Of a stretch of DNA of 64,000 nucleotides, positions 50,401-63,500 are shown piece after piece. The position numbers and the translations under genes were made by a program. The notes below the pieces were generated by a model. The model had not been told where the DNA came from and did not search any database. It worked only from the letters and a program-made list of their open reading frames with translations. How positions within the stretch are numbered: the first letter of the stretch is position 1; each line of letters begins with the position of its first letter. The DNA is from Amoebophrya sp. A120 (lineage: Eukaryota > Protista > Dinoflagellata). The stretch is from contig CAJINV010000003.1 in the NCBI GenBank assembly GCA_905178155.1, forward strand, positions 3,608,370 through 3,672,369, in the 5' to 3' direction.

Positions 50401-52413
50401 TCAAAATCTTGCTTGTGCGATTTTCATCAGATTTTCTTCATCCCTTGCAATACTTGCTAGGGAAACACGAAGCTCCTGCATGCCTATGTTTTCCAGCGCC
50501 GAAACAGCGTGGATGTACGGATGAATCACTTGCTGCGTTGCGTCGTCTTTCCCGCTTCCATCCGCATGCACCTGTTGGGCGAGGTTCAGCATCTGCTCCA
50601 TGCAGTTGTGCAGCTTCCATGGATTGCTTTTATCACACTTGGTCAGCACGATCTGGATCGGGATCTGGTGATTCAAACACATGTCCCAGAGCTTCTCGTC
50701 GCGATCCGTAAAGCCCAGATTCACATCGATCAGGCTGACAATGCGCTTCAGCCGCTCGACCGGCTTTGTCACTTCCAGGTAAGCATCCATCATGAGCTCC
50801 CAATCCCGCAGGAAATGCTTCCCCGCCTTTCCCGCGAACCCGTACCCAGGCAGGTCGATCAGCATGAGCCGGCCGCCGATCTCGAAGCGAAACAGTTGCC
50901 TTGTGCGCCCCGCCGTGCGGGACACGGGAGCGAACGACGGTGCATTAAAGAGCTGCCGCCCCCGCACCTGCCTCTGTCGCTCCCTCTGTTGCTCTACGAG
51001 GTTTCCGTCCGTGGAGTTTAAACTGTAGGGCAAGGCGCTCTTTCCGTCGACGGACTGGAGCTCGTTCTGTTCGTCCTGCAATCCTGCAACTTTCCCGCGA
51101 CTACGGTCATGCGGGTGCACACCGGTGCCGCCGGTCTGTGCCTCCAGTTTATCTTGCCGACGTTTGGCTCGCCACTCCGCCTTCGAGAGCCAATTCCCCG
51201 TGTTTGGCTCGCGCAAGCCACTGAAAGTCACTTCGTTGCTGTCGAGGGTCAGCTTGTTAGAAGGGTCGTCGCTCAACTTTCGGGCCGCCTTGTCGATCCG
51301 CCCCTCGCGCAGCATAAATTGATGGACCTTCTTCGTGAAAGCGCGGTCCTCCGTGTGGTCAATCTTCACGAGTGATGCCTTTTTCTTTGCCAGATTCTCG
51401 GGTGACAACTGCTTGCCCAGCTGCTTGTGGTCAATCTTCGGTTTGGTCCCGGTCTCGCGCGCCGCCCGGAGAGTACGCCGCTTGGCCTTCACCAGGTTCA
51501 GCTCGCGGCAATAAGCCTTTACGTTGTCTGCCAAAATGCGGCTTGTGGTGCCGACCGTCTCACGCTTTAGCACCTTGTTCGTGTCGATAATGCGCTGCTT
51601 CAGCGTTTCCTCCATCGCCCGCTTGCCGCGATCACGACACAGCTTGCTCTGCAGCGCCCATCCTGGCGCCTTCACTCCCTGTCGCACGAGCTTGCCGTAA
51701 TGGCTCCGGGCCCGCCGCGTTTCTGCGGTCTTTATGATCTTCATGTGCTGCTTCCACTGGACCTGTTGCTGGCTCCGTTGCAGCCGGGGGCGCGACCGGG
51801 ACAAAATAGAAAAGGCCCGGACAGCAGGTTTCAACATCTGCAGGATGTTGTTCTCGGCACCAGCCACACCGCCAGGTCGTCGTCCACTCGACGTCCCCTC
51901 ATGGCCGCTAGACGTAGATTTTTCAAGTAGAACAGTACGACCTGCTGCTCCACCTACTGCGCTTGTTCTCTTTCTACACGCGCCACCGCCCCCGCCCCCG
52001 GGGACAGTCATGGTGATCCGCCCGTCGGCGTCCTCGTGTCCGAGCGGAAAGACAGGCTCAAACCGGCCTCGAGCGAGGTTGGCGCGATCCCTCGTCTCGT
52101 GCAACCTGTTTACGTCCACCCGGTTCAGGTTGTGCTGGCTCAGCAGGGCGTTCACCAGAGTGCTCTTCCCCACGTTGCTTTGCCCCATAAACGCGACGTG
52201 CGGTGAACACGTCCCACTGCCGGCGTCCAGAATTTTCTCCATCGTGTCCTTCACAAGTACCGGGTGACCACGGATATCCAGGTTCCACAGCACCTTCGCA
52301 TACTCCAAACAACCGAGCTCGGCCACTGAAATTACCTCGCTGGGCCGAAAAAGGTGCACAACCGGACGTGCCAGCACGGGCTTCGGAGAAAGCAAATTCA
52401 TCACAACTTCCAC
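50401..52413 (-). CDS. EngB/YihA/YsxC-type GTPase with a large insertion (extra 5' exons may reach ~52870)
   Basis: G1 GQSNVGKST, G2 region VSRTAGRTR, G3 LIDLPGYGFA, G4 LTKCDK, G5 VSA. Confidence 0.85.
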   Translation of the reverse strand: MEVVMNLLSPKPVLARPVVHLFRPSEVISVAELGCLEYAKVLWNLDIRGHPVLVKDTMEKILDAGSGTCSPHVAFMGQSNVGKSTLVNALLSQHNLNRVDVNRLHETRDRANLARGRFEPVFPLGHEDADGRITMTVPGGGGGGACRKRTSAVGGAAGRTVLLEKSTSSGHEGTSSGRRPGGVAGAENNILQMLKPAVRAFSILSRSRPRLQRSQQQVQWKQHMKIIKTAETRRARSHYGKLVRQGVKAPGWALQSKLCRDRGKRAMEETLKQRIIDTNKVLKRETVGTTSRILADNVKAYCRELNLVKAKRRTLRAARETGTKPKIDHKQLGKQLSPENLAKKKASLVKIDHTEDRAFTKKVHQFMLREGRIDKAARKLSDDPSNKLTLDSNEVTFSGLREPNTGNWLSKAEWRAKRRQDKLEAQTGGTGVHPHDRSRGKVAGLQDEQNELQSVDGKSALPYSLNSTDGNLVEQQRERQRQVRGRQLFNAPSFAPVSRTAGRTRQLFRFEIGGRLMLIDLPGYGFAGKAGKHFLRDWELMMDAYLEVTKPVERLKRIVSLIDVNLGFTDRDEKLWDMCLNHQIPIQIVLTKCDKSNPWKLHNCMEQMLNLAQQVHADGSGKDDATQQVIHPYIHAVSALENIGMQELRVSLASIARDEENLMKIAQARF

Positions 52414-53261
52414 TTCTCGACATAGTATCTTCTTGCTGGTTCTTCATCCCCAGTAACGGTAATCCTTTTATATCACGGATGAAGTGAACAAATCACGGTG
52501 TACACATAACTATCCAGCGCCTCGCCGCGTTGTCCGCTTAGTGTAACGCGTATCTTGCGACATTGGCAAACACAAAGTGAAAAAGCCTTCTCGACCATAT
52601 AATACCACCTGATCAACCATGCCGAAGATCAAGATCTTCATCAAATCGTGATCGTATTGCTTCCAAAGGTGATGACGTCCAACGCGGCCGATAGACAGAG
52701 ACGACAAAACCACCCACCATGAGATACTACAGCGAACGTGATTTCTGACTGAAAACGTTTCAATAGTCTGGCGCAAGCTAAGTTAGTACCTTTCAGGGCA
52801 CAGACATGTTCGAGTTCGCGCCGGTCACGGCAACATAAATGCTTAGCCAATCGGCCATCTTTCATGAAGCTCCCCTTGAGAAGCCGTTGGGCATTTAACA
52901 AAATCTCACTCGAATCGAGATGAACGAGAAGTAGAAGTTGTCATTCTACATTACTTAAGGAAACTTTCACTTTGTATCTCCGGCGTGTAGGAGAATTGTA
53001 GGACTTAAGATGGTGCACGAACCCGCCTGCGTGAGCGAGATACAAAACCAAAAAAAAAAATAGGACGTAGTACGATATCAAGTACCCCGATAATTTACCT
53101 CTGGTGTGCGAGTATTATTCCTAGCTTGTGACAGTCAATGAATGCATTTGAGCAAAAGTTGTCATGGAAAAAGACACACTTCTCTAAAAACCAAAAGCAC
53201 GAGCTATCGATCGAATATAAGAAAGAAGTAGTGACAAAATCCAGCACTTACACTGCTGCCT

Positions 53262-55962
53262 TCACTCTTCAGCAGGGAGACATTGGGGCTCGTCCAATTT
53301 TGGAAGCAGAATCTCTGTTAAGTTGTAGCGGATATAGTAGGCAGCATGGAATGGCTCACCGAGCACGACAGCGACACTAGAACCCAATTCTTCCGTCCGA
53401 AAACCAATGAGCGTCTCCTGAACAACTATACGACTAATCATGTCGTGAGACGGATAAACGGCGTCACCGTAGCCTGGTAATTTCGCGCCGGGAGTCTTGC
53501 AGTAGTCCCGCGGGCTTATGACGTACCAGTAGGGCATGCCGGGTGTCTCCTCGAAGTCAACATTTGCAGCGAGTTGGCCCGATGTCAGTAGAAAACACCA
53601 CCACACCACACCCATGCAACGAAGTCTCATGCTTCCCCCGATTTGCTGCATTTCTGTACGCAACTGGTCATGTCATGTGGTAGGGGGGCACTCGCACCTT
53701 CATCCATTGTTCTCTCTGCGTACTGCCAAATCTACACAAGTGTACTACCTCCCTGCTTCACTTTCCTGCGAAACAGACTTATACGTACGGATGTCGAGTG
53801 AAAAATCGTATTGCGTGTGCCACTTGAAGACTTCAGGTGTAAGGTGGTGTGAGGGCTTCTTATTTTGATATCTTCGCCTATCTCTACAGCTACACCTATG
53901 CTAGGGCCTTGGAAGCAGTCTCTTGATGCTGCCGTTGCAAGCCAAAAAGACTCTACAAATTGATGCCACACGGGCCGTGCGAGTCGTATTGTGGGCGAGC
54001 CCGAATCTAGAATCCCCTTCATCCCATCGAGGAGGGGATCGAAGAACCTGGCATAAGCTCCAAATGACGTGATCCTGTCCGTGACTGACCCGCTCTGAAA
54101 GATTGCGACGGAACGAAGATCCACTGTCATGTAAATTTCGTCGTTTTTAAAGCGCTCAAGCGTGGAAGGGAAGCGAAGCAAGAACCGGGCAGGCGCCGGC
54201 GCGTGCACGACAACCAGCTTCGACGACCTACGGACACCTCTCCTGTGAGGACCACCAAGCAACGGATGCCGCTGTCTGTTCTCGACTGTGCTGTCTTCGG
54301 CCCCCGACGAGAACGCGCAACCGCAGGCCGCGAGGGGTCTCTCGGAGTCGTCTGCGTCGTTTTCAACAACTACGTCATGATGGTAGACATAATTCACTAC
54401 ACCAGGATGTCGAGCGCAATCATCTTGAGAAAACCCATCTGCCACTCGAAGCACCTTCTCTCTGAAAACGTCGGGTGTCTTACGCCGCCACACAGCTTCA
54501 GGCCCCCACAGTTGGTGTAGTACCTGCCGCTCGTAGTTGTTCTGCATCATTTCCTCGGTCGTTGGCCAATGGGAACTACGGTGAGGTTCTTGGATATCGT
54601 CCCACGCATTCGCATTCCAGAAGACCTTTCCTCTTCCATTCTTGGAAAAAGTCGCCCGGTCGAGTTTGTGGTCCAGAAACTGTGGAGTGGCTTGATGGTC
54701 CTGAGCGTGGTCCCCAGATGAACCACGCTTGGGACGAGTGGCAGGTGATTTCGCCGAAGCCGGGGACGCTTTGGAGGCACCACGCGCGCCGCCCCCGCCC
54801 ACCGGCGGGATTTTCATCGGTGATCCATCGGACTCAGGTCGGTGTACGGTACCAGGCGGGGGGAGAAGCTCAACCGTGCCGTTTGTCGGAAGGGGGTGTA
54901 GGGGTTCTCCGTCGTGTGGTGTAGTAGGAGCCTGCGGCTCAGCAGTCGTGCGCCCAGGTAGTACTTCGGGCGGACCGCGTTCGGGAGTACCCGACGAGGC
55001 TGCACCTCCCGCCCCTGGAAAAAATGCCGAAAGGTGCGCCGCTTCGGTTGTTGTGGTGGTTGTAGTAGTGGTGGTCTTGTCTTGCGCTGCAGAGGCAAGA
55101 GTTATGAATTTGCAAAAAGTCGATATTTCTCGGAGGTGAAGCTGCTCCCGCACATAATGTCTAAACCTTCTCGAAACGCAGGCCAGTATCGTATAGCGAC
55201 TTTCAACTACAAACCATGCAAACACATCATGACTAGTAGCCCTAAGACCAGCTGTGTCACGTGAAAATGATGAACCGCCCATCATACTTACACAGCTTCA
55301 TCATCATCCAGCAAAAAGAAAAACTGAATGTATACAACTACAGCTGCAGAAATGAATCATTCTCCATCTAGATGAATCAACGCACCGGCTTAGGCTGTAG
55401 CTTTACCACCAGCGAGAAATAAGAACTCCTCCTCCGCCCTCCTACTGATGCAGCACCAGGCAGACGTCCCAACGATCGTGATGAGCAAGAGAGTACCCAA
55501 AATGATCAGGGTCACTGCGACGGGGTTCTGGCAGAGCTTGCGACAGCTGAATTCCGAGGCCGCGAATCGCTCGCTGCGTATGTCCTTGTTGTAATCTGTT
55601 GGGTAGTCGTACTCCTCCGACTGAGATGCTGGCGCACTAGCGGTACTATTACCTGGTGACGTGACGCTGTCCTTTGCAACCCGACCGGAGGACGTCGGAT
55701 GTTGGCGCCGATCGAAGTTGCCGCTCGAGAGGGCCAGTGGCCCACTCGGGGGCCCCCGTTTGCTGTTCTCCCGCGGGCCGGAGCCAGATACTAGCGGTGG
55801 TGGATCAGACCGGCGAGGGCCGACGTCATCTACTTCTTCTTCTTGTTGGACAACCGCTATTTTGCGGAAGGGATTGTCCCGATCCAGCAACATTTCTGTC
55901 TCGCTCGTCCTCGGGCGAGGAATCTCCGGGAAACTCCCGGAGTTGCCCTCGTCCTCCTGCAT
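53262..55962 (-). CDS. Uncharacterised single-pass (type II-like) membrane protein, about 3 exons
   Basis: TM segment VAVTLIILGTLLLITIVGTSAWCCI. Intron 55087-55406 (GTAAAG...TGCAG) joins the 190-aa and 517-aa ORFs in phase. The last intron (~53.9-53.65 kb) is uncertain. Confidence 0.55.
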
Positions 55963-57582
55963 CTTGATCTACTTCAATATTAAAGGACCCAATCGTATTG
56001 CCATTTTGATTTGGCCCGCAAAAGGTGATTTAACTTTGAACATTCTGATAAATATATCATCCTTCGCACCGGTGAACCATCTGGTGTGCTCGCCCGTACT
56101 GGCCACCACAAAAATCTTGCAAAAAATCTACGTACATGTACCTACTCGTCATGTGAAACGACGTGGCAAGAAATGGGGCAACCTGAAAATAGAAAAAATG
56201 TTTCCGTAGAAATGCGCTAAACGGAACCAGTATACACACGTCCAATTTGCGGTGTCCTCCATGTCGTACGGTTTTTCCCATACCAAGAATTTTCTTGCGA
56301 TTCTTGCGGTTACCTTGTAGGCAACGGATACTCTATTACCGACAACCGGGACCGACGGCGCGATGCTACTTACATTCACTTTCATTTTAGAGCAATCAGC
56401 TGATGTTCTCATACCGATGCGGACAGCCTCAGCCCCGGAACAGACGGCGCGCAGTAATAAAAAAACTCAACTGATGACAGAATCAGGAAAAAACACCGAG
56501 TCCGACTCCGTTTTTTGACAAAAATACAGCAACCGAAACCGACTTAACTGTGCAGACCATGGCGGCCTCGTTGAGGTCTTCATGCAGTGTTGTACCTTTT
56601 GCTGCGATTCGTCGCGAACACATCTCTGCCATTCAGAACCAGACAGAGCAAACGGCAGACATTCATCTTCACAGCTGCACGATTATACCTCCTCTTTTTC
56701 TTCTTGTCGTCGTTATGTTTCTTTTCAGAAGGGATCTAATACGATCCTGAAGAATTGTTCTTGTCCACCTTGTCCTTGTGCGTAAGAAATAAAAAAATAT
56801 GCGAGCTCGCCTTCAGCTCCGCTTTCGAAGCTTGCGCTGTTTTCCCACACTCAACACAAATGAGCACGCCAATTATTGCACGGGGAGATTTTCTTCTGCC
56901 AAAGAACGAATCCCGAAGGGGACTCCTCTGCTCGTCAATTTTGGAGTTAGAAGTCCTAATGGCGCTGAGAGGTTCTCGATGTCTCCCGCTTTACAGTCGC
57001 CTCAAATAAGTAGAAGAAGATTTGTCGTCAATAGTACATAGAAAAAGGTAAAGCCAGAAGTTGTCGCTGCGTGTGCGTCAATAACCAAAATGTAGAAAAT
57101 GCAACGACTACTCCTGTGTGTTAGGTTTTGCTTCGAAGATTTTAGTCTTCCCAAAGTTACATAGATTGGAGCCGAACTTCTGCGTAGAAAATTTATTACA
57201 TAGCGAATAGTGGAACAGCGCAAGACCGCCGCTGCTCGTACATAGGGTTTTAAAATAGCGTTGATAATCAAATACATGCTTCGACTTTTAGATGATGTGT
57301 GTCTACCTTTACTTTTTAGCCATGAAGATCTCTTTAAAAAATACTACGAGAGAATGCTCCCCACTGAAGATGACCTGAATCAGTAAATTTCTTTTTGATT
57401 GTTGCGCGCCTGCCATACATGGGCGAACGCAACGGACGGTTTTGCACCTTTAGATCGCAGAGACGTTGTTTTTACAAAGGCAAAGGAACTTCCAGGATCA
57501 GTGAGTTGAGATCCTAGGCTCGACGTCGGAACAACTCTTGCGAGGATGACGAAATGCGCTAGAGATTGCTTCTAGTTTTGTG

Positions 57583-60500
57583 CTATGAGGCTGCCTGCAC
57601 CGCTGCCTGTAGCGGACGACGAGGAGAGGGCGACGCACTCTCGAGGGCCAAGGCGTTGAAGGGCCTTCTTTTCTGGCCCCGCCCCGGAGTGGAGGAGAGT
57701 TTGCCCAGCGGACTGTTTTCTGACTTGGAGCGCGGCCGCTTTTGGCTCTCTGGTGTAGTAGTAGTTCTAGGTGACGTGTTCGTGTCCACAAAATCGGCCG
57801 ATGCCATCCCTCCTTGCACTGATTCGCCAGGATCTTGCGCGACTGTGTTTTCTTTTTTACCAGTTGTCCCTGAAGCTGAACACGCCGACCCGGCTGCCTC
57901 TTTATGCTCGTCGCTTCCGGCGCAGTATGCCAGCCGCTCACCCACGGACCTGGTTGCTCCTGTGCTTGGATGCGTATCCCTCGGAGATGCGGTGGCTCTT
58001 TCGGCTGCTGCGTCGGTTGGAGGACGTATTGCACACGAGTCGCTTTTGGAGCCGACGTCGAGATGGACATTCGTTGCCGTTAACTTCGCTGTCGTGACTT
58101 GTGCTCTATCCTCCGAATTGTCATCAGCTTCATCACCGTCCTTACCGAGTGGAGTTCTACTCCGATCGTCGTGCTCCGCTTCTTCTCGTCCCACCGCTGC
58201 GCTGCTAGTGAAAGTTGCGCAGCTACCTTGAACAAGCAGCGGGGCCCCCGCTGCAAGTTCTTCCGGCGCAACTACAGCCGTTTCCGCGACACCAAGGGGC
58301 TCAGCGCAGCTGCAAGTGCTGACTGGAGCGACAGCAACATCGACGCCAGAGCTACTAGGCTCTCCCTCGTGGTCGTGGGCGCCTGAGCTGCTAGACCCGC
58401 AGCGAGTGCTCTCGTCCGAGACATTTGGGCCTCCCTTCTTGCTCTCCGTGTAGATGTCTGTGGCTGTGAGCTGGTTCCCGTTCGTCGCCGGTTTGGGACA
58501 AATTCCGCGCTTTCCACCTTGCAGATACGATTCGGCTTCCCGAGAACAGTGTTGAAGATCATCCCTCGTGGCCGCGGACTTTTCTGGGTTATTGTGCGAC
58601 GGTTCTGGTACAGGCGCTGATGTGCACGTTTCCACATCCGCAATTGCTTCCTCAGAACTTCTATGCCGTGCCGCAGCTGCTCCAGTAGCGGATGTTGTTG
58701 ATTCCTGTTGTTCACCGACACTGGAGTTTGATGTTTTTCCCTGCGTGTTTTCAGCAGCTTTCGTACTACTACTCCCTACCTCCGCTTCTTCGTCTTCGTT
58801 CGCACAGTCAACATTAGCTTGTAGTTCTTCCATACTGCCGTCGACTGTTTCCACGACCTGCTTGCCAGCATTGCATTTGTTATTGGTTTTCTTGTTCGCT
58901 TTTTGTTTTTTGTTCATCCTGCCCGTAGAAGTAATAGTTGCGCTTGCGCAACCGCTTCTACTTCGGCTATCGTGTTCGCCTCCGTCCCCGACTTCGCCCG
59001 AGGGGGCTGCATCATTTTCATCTGCCACCGCCTCGTACACGACTGGCTCCGACTGGCTGCGATTCAACACGTCTACGCCGTCGCCGGGCACTGTCACGTC
59101 TACATGATTTTTTCCGCCCGCAGACACCTTCCTCCGGCCTTTTGGTGTGGTGGTTTTCTTGGGTGTCGTGGTCTTCTTATTTTTTCCGCCAGAACTGCTG
59201 GACGATGACGAGCTGCTGCTACATGACGTGGCAGAAGCGGCGGAAGAGCGTCTTGATGTTGACCCGGCGGGGTGTAGAAGTTGGCCTTCTTGCTGTTGGG
59301 CGGTCATCTGCTTCTTCATCGACTGCCGATGCGCTACGGATACCTTTCCCGCGCGAGACTTGTTTTCCTCGAGCTTCGAAGGGGAAGCCACGGTAATCAT
59401 GGTGGTTTCCGTCACAGACAACGTGGACAAACCCCGCGCTCCTCGCTTGTTGTCCTGTTTTTTTTTCCGGCGCAAAGATTTTTCATGGTTGCACTTCAAC
59501 TTCTAGTGAGTAGATCCCCATCCCCCCCTCGAAATGAAACTACTTAAAAATGCAATAGATAAAAGATAAAGATTGAAGAAGATGATAATCATAATCATGC
59601 AATTCCTCGTGTTAGCAAATAATCTATACGGCTCGCTCCGGAGGCGGCGAGGTCGATACCGGGACCTGCTTCAGTAATCTACTCGCAGCTTCACGGTGGT
59701 TTTGGACCTGCTGAAAGACACCCTTGGGAAGCAGATCCTTCACTAGGCCCGTCGTTCGCTTGTCCCGCAAGTACCGCTGGATCGTCTGAAAACTCGCGTC
59801 GAAGACCGTCTTGATGTTGTTCCAGCGAAATGCCTTGGCACCCAGATCGATTTTACTGTTCACTGGCGAAAGTACGGACAGGCTAGTTCCGTTGCAGGGA
59901 GCAGGTTGCCTGAAAAGTGTATCACATCAGCCACGGTTATTCATTTTAGGACAAAATCACGAACAAGGATACACTCCTCTTCCATGTGGATAGTTCCAAT
60001 TCATGTAAAATTCGACCGGCAAACGAAAAGCATTCGGCGTTGTAATCAAACTAGATGCTTGGAGGGGTGCTATCCTATTCTACTGCGACCAGGTGCTCGT
60101 ATTTAACAAATAAATCGACCAAGTACCTCGAAAAGATCTGTGCAACTGTTTTCTTCCTTTCTGTGCGAAAACTGATTGTTTCCCCGTGATAAATCTTTCC
60201 GTAGAACTGGAAAAACTCATACAGCTCGCGCACCGCACTTCGTGCAGGAAGAACTCGGTCTTGTCTCTTGCGATGCTGTGCCTCGTCCCGCATAAAATAC
60301 GCCACTAGGATGCCAAGCAGAAAGCTGCCACAACCGCCGGAGAATGTGTCGTGTAGGTTGTGGCTTGCCAACAGATACTTAGCGAACATGAGCACCAATC
60401 GAAAGCGCTCCGGGTATTGGCCCCTAGAAAAAAAATTGCATTGGGTAAGGACTTGTGGGTCACGCACCATTCTTAGAAACAACCAGGTCCACCATTTCTA

Positions 60501-63500
60501 TTTTACTATACTAGCAAGTACTACATAATCATGATTTAATTTTCATCATTCATAAAGGCTGAAAATATAGCAGCTACCTTTTCATTTCCGCTTGAATCCA
60601 CTCCGTCGTCTTGATTCCTTCGGGTGAGAATACCATGTCCGTTTCAATTCGATCCTCACGCATCAACTTCAGCACCGGCATCGAGGCTGTGCTTATCACC
60701 TGTAATTCAATTCAACATTTGGATATGCGTCGGTAGGATAAAATTACGGATACGGATTCATGCTATTTCAGAATGTCCACATTGATTCGAAGATCGATAG
60801 GGCGGTCGTCTTTGTCAAGATTCAAGAGAGGGTAATAAAAGCTCTCCTGCACCAAAGTAGAGTCATGCCAAACAAGAAGCCAGGTTTATCAGTTCTTCAT
60901 CACAAACTCTTCTTGCGGAGGTCATTTATTTCTTCTTGCAGCTTGTAGCTTTTTCTTCTGAAGAGTAGTACTATTACTAGATCAAGCTTCGGAATAAAAG
61001 TACCTGGGTATTCACCACCGGCGGGCTGCACTGCTGTTCGATCGCCTGGCGGATTCTTTCCATGCAGTCGTGCGTCTGACTCGGACGGTGCAAGGCCTCG
61101 GGGATGGAATGCTTCGATGTGACCGTCGAGCTCGTCGAAGAGGGTGCTACGTCCTCCGAGGACTTCGAGTCCCGTGTGTCCTTGCTGCCCACGACCGCAC
61201 TGCTCCTCGGGTCCGTCCCCTTCTTCACAGTGATGCACACATCGACGTCGGCTGTGTACAGGGCAAGGTTGCTTTTCAGCGAGCCGAACACCTCCAGGTC
61301 GTGTTCGCACAGGATGCCACGAAGTTCGTCGACCCACGAGAGACGTTGCTTTTTCTCGTCTGCACTCATCTGCACTTGCTCCAGGAAGGCGAACAACTCC
61401 TCGTCGAGGGCTTTCTCCACCTCCTTGTTGTAGGGAAGCACCGCCTCATACGCAGGCTGCGGTGCGAGGAACTGTGTCGCAGCACCGAACGCATGATTCG
61501 CCGTGTGGGCGGGCATCAAGTTGTAACCGGTAGCCCGTGTGGTTGGTTGCGCCATGACGTGGGAGCCGACGTTGTGGTGATTTTGCGGCATCATGAACAC
61601 GCCCGTGCACGTACCCGTGTTGACAGCGCCGGCGGGCCCGGCAACAAATTGCATCGGAACCGGCATGATCACCCCGTTCTGCATGGTGCTATAGAAGGGT
61701 GCAACCTGTCCACCTTGCGAGAGTGCGAGAACTGGATGCGGGCAACCGAGCGCCATCTGGGGCTGATGTTGCTTTTTGTTCGCTGACTGCGTCGCCAGGC
61801 CGGCCTGCTGCTGCGCCGCAACAGCTACAGCGACTTGCTGATTGTAGTTGGCCGGGAGAGTCGGCGTCGTGTTATTTGCGGTTAGTAGCGTTTGTGGTTC
61901 CTGTTGCATATTACCTGCGGCATGCACTAGTTGCTCATGTGCTTGATTGTTGAACTGGCCACTCTGCACCCCGCTCTGGAGATGAGAATGCATCTGTGTA
62001 GTCCCGCCTCCAGCAGCTTGCGGTTGATGTCCTAGTAACGTCTGCGAAATCTGTTGCAACAGCCCTGCCTGTTGTTGCTCCAGCGCTATGCCCTCTCGTT
62101 GCGCCATCGCTATGCTCTTCACGCACTCTTGATAGGCCTGAAGCTGATGCGGTTTGAGATTTTGCGTGGCCATGTGCCCGAGTTGCAAGAGCTGCAGTGG
62201 GTGCAGTTGCGTTTGATTATCGGGCGGCACCGTCGGGCTCAGCGGTATTCCGCTTGTTACAGGAGCTGAGCCGGGGCGTGTCGGAGGCACTGTAGTACCT
62301 CCATTCATTCCCTGTCCCACGCGACTACTCTCCTGCTGCTGCTGCTGCAATTGATGCGGCTGTTGTTGAAACAAGCCGCCGACGCCAGGCGCGGAGTACG
62401 CACCTGCAACGCCAGCCCGCAGGCCCTGCATCGCAGCGCCGGTGGACGAATGACTACTCCGACTCGACGCCGAAGAGGGCGTGGCCGGCACAGACATGTT
62501 CCGAGTCAACGACGTCCCGGTCGCGCATCCATTTGTTCCAGTACTACCGGTATTGAGCATTGCTCCCGGCTGTGCGATCTGCAGCGGTGCCGAACTAGAC
62601 ACAGTGCCCGATCTTGTTGATCCGGCTTGTTTCAAACTTGCGAAAGAGGCGGATGACGAGGAAGCGGGCGCAGTGCCGACCTGCAACGTGCTAGAAGCAG
62701 CGCTAGGTCCGCATCGCAGTACGGTGGAATGTTGAAACGAGTTAGTGGTGCTGCTGCTGTGCTGCATCATGCTTGCTCCACCTGCTGTGTCACGACTGCC
62801 ACCGGTAGTTCCGGCGAAACTGGTCTGCGACGTTGTCGTCGTCACGTTTTCTTGCAAACCGCCAACTCCGGCGGATGTGACACTCTTATTCGACGGGGAG
62901 CTGTTCGTGGTGGTGCCACCCCCCGACTGCAGTCCAGAATTATGCTGGTTTCGTGCTTGGTTAGAGGAAAACTGTGCGATGGCATCGTTGAGCATGGCTC
63001 CTGTAGAGGGCGTCACCGAGCCAATGGACGCCGACGTCCCACACTGCGAATTGTGCGAAGATGCGGAGGATGATCCGCCCACCTGGCCAGCTTGCTCCGC
63101 CGGCCGATTCGGGGTGAGCGCGAGCCGTTCCAGAGTGTAGCTTCCGCCACCTGGTTGTGTATCGCGGAGATACAAACTTCCATCTCCGATGTCTACCACA
63201 TCCTTCCCGTCCTTCAAAGTGGCATACACGTTCATCTGCGTTCCTGCGCTGACCTGTTGCCATTTCATTTTCAAACAGATTGCTCTTTGTCTAAAAAGAT
63301 CCCCGAACAGGAGAAGTAGGCACATTGTACTTGGAAAAAACATAAAAACCACCATGGATTCCGAGCCCGAGAAGGAGAACTAGAACACGTTCCCGCGCAT
63401 AAAAATCTACTTATCTACTTTTCGCTTTTCTGCGACAGCCACAGCGACGAGAATTGTGTGCATAAAAAGTAAACAGTAACCTAGTACCTGGATGGTGCCC

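Noticed and set aside
56057-57300. Short minus-strand ORFs at 56.0-57.3 kb (also 48019-48360 and 39639-39842)
   Set aside because: No recognisable homology and no consistent exon chain could be built. They could still hide small genes.
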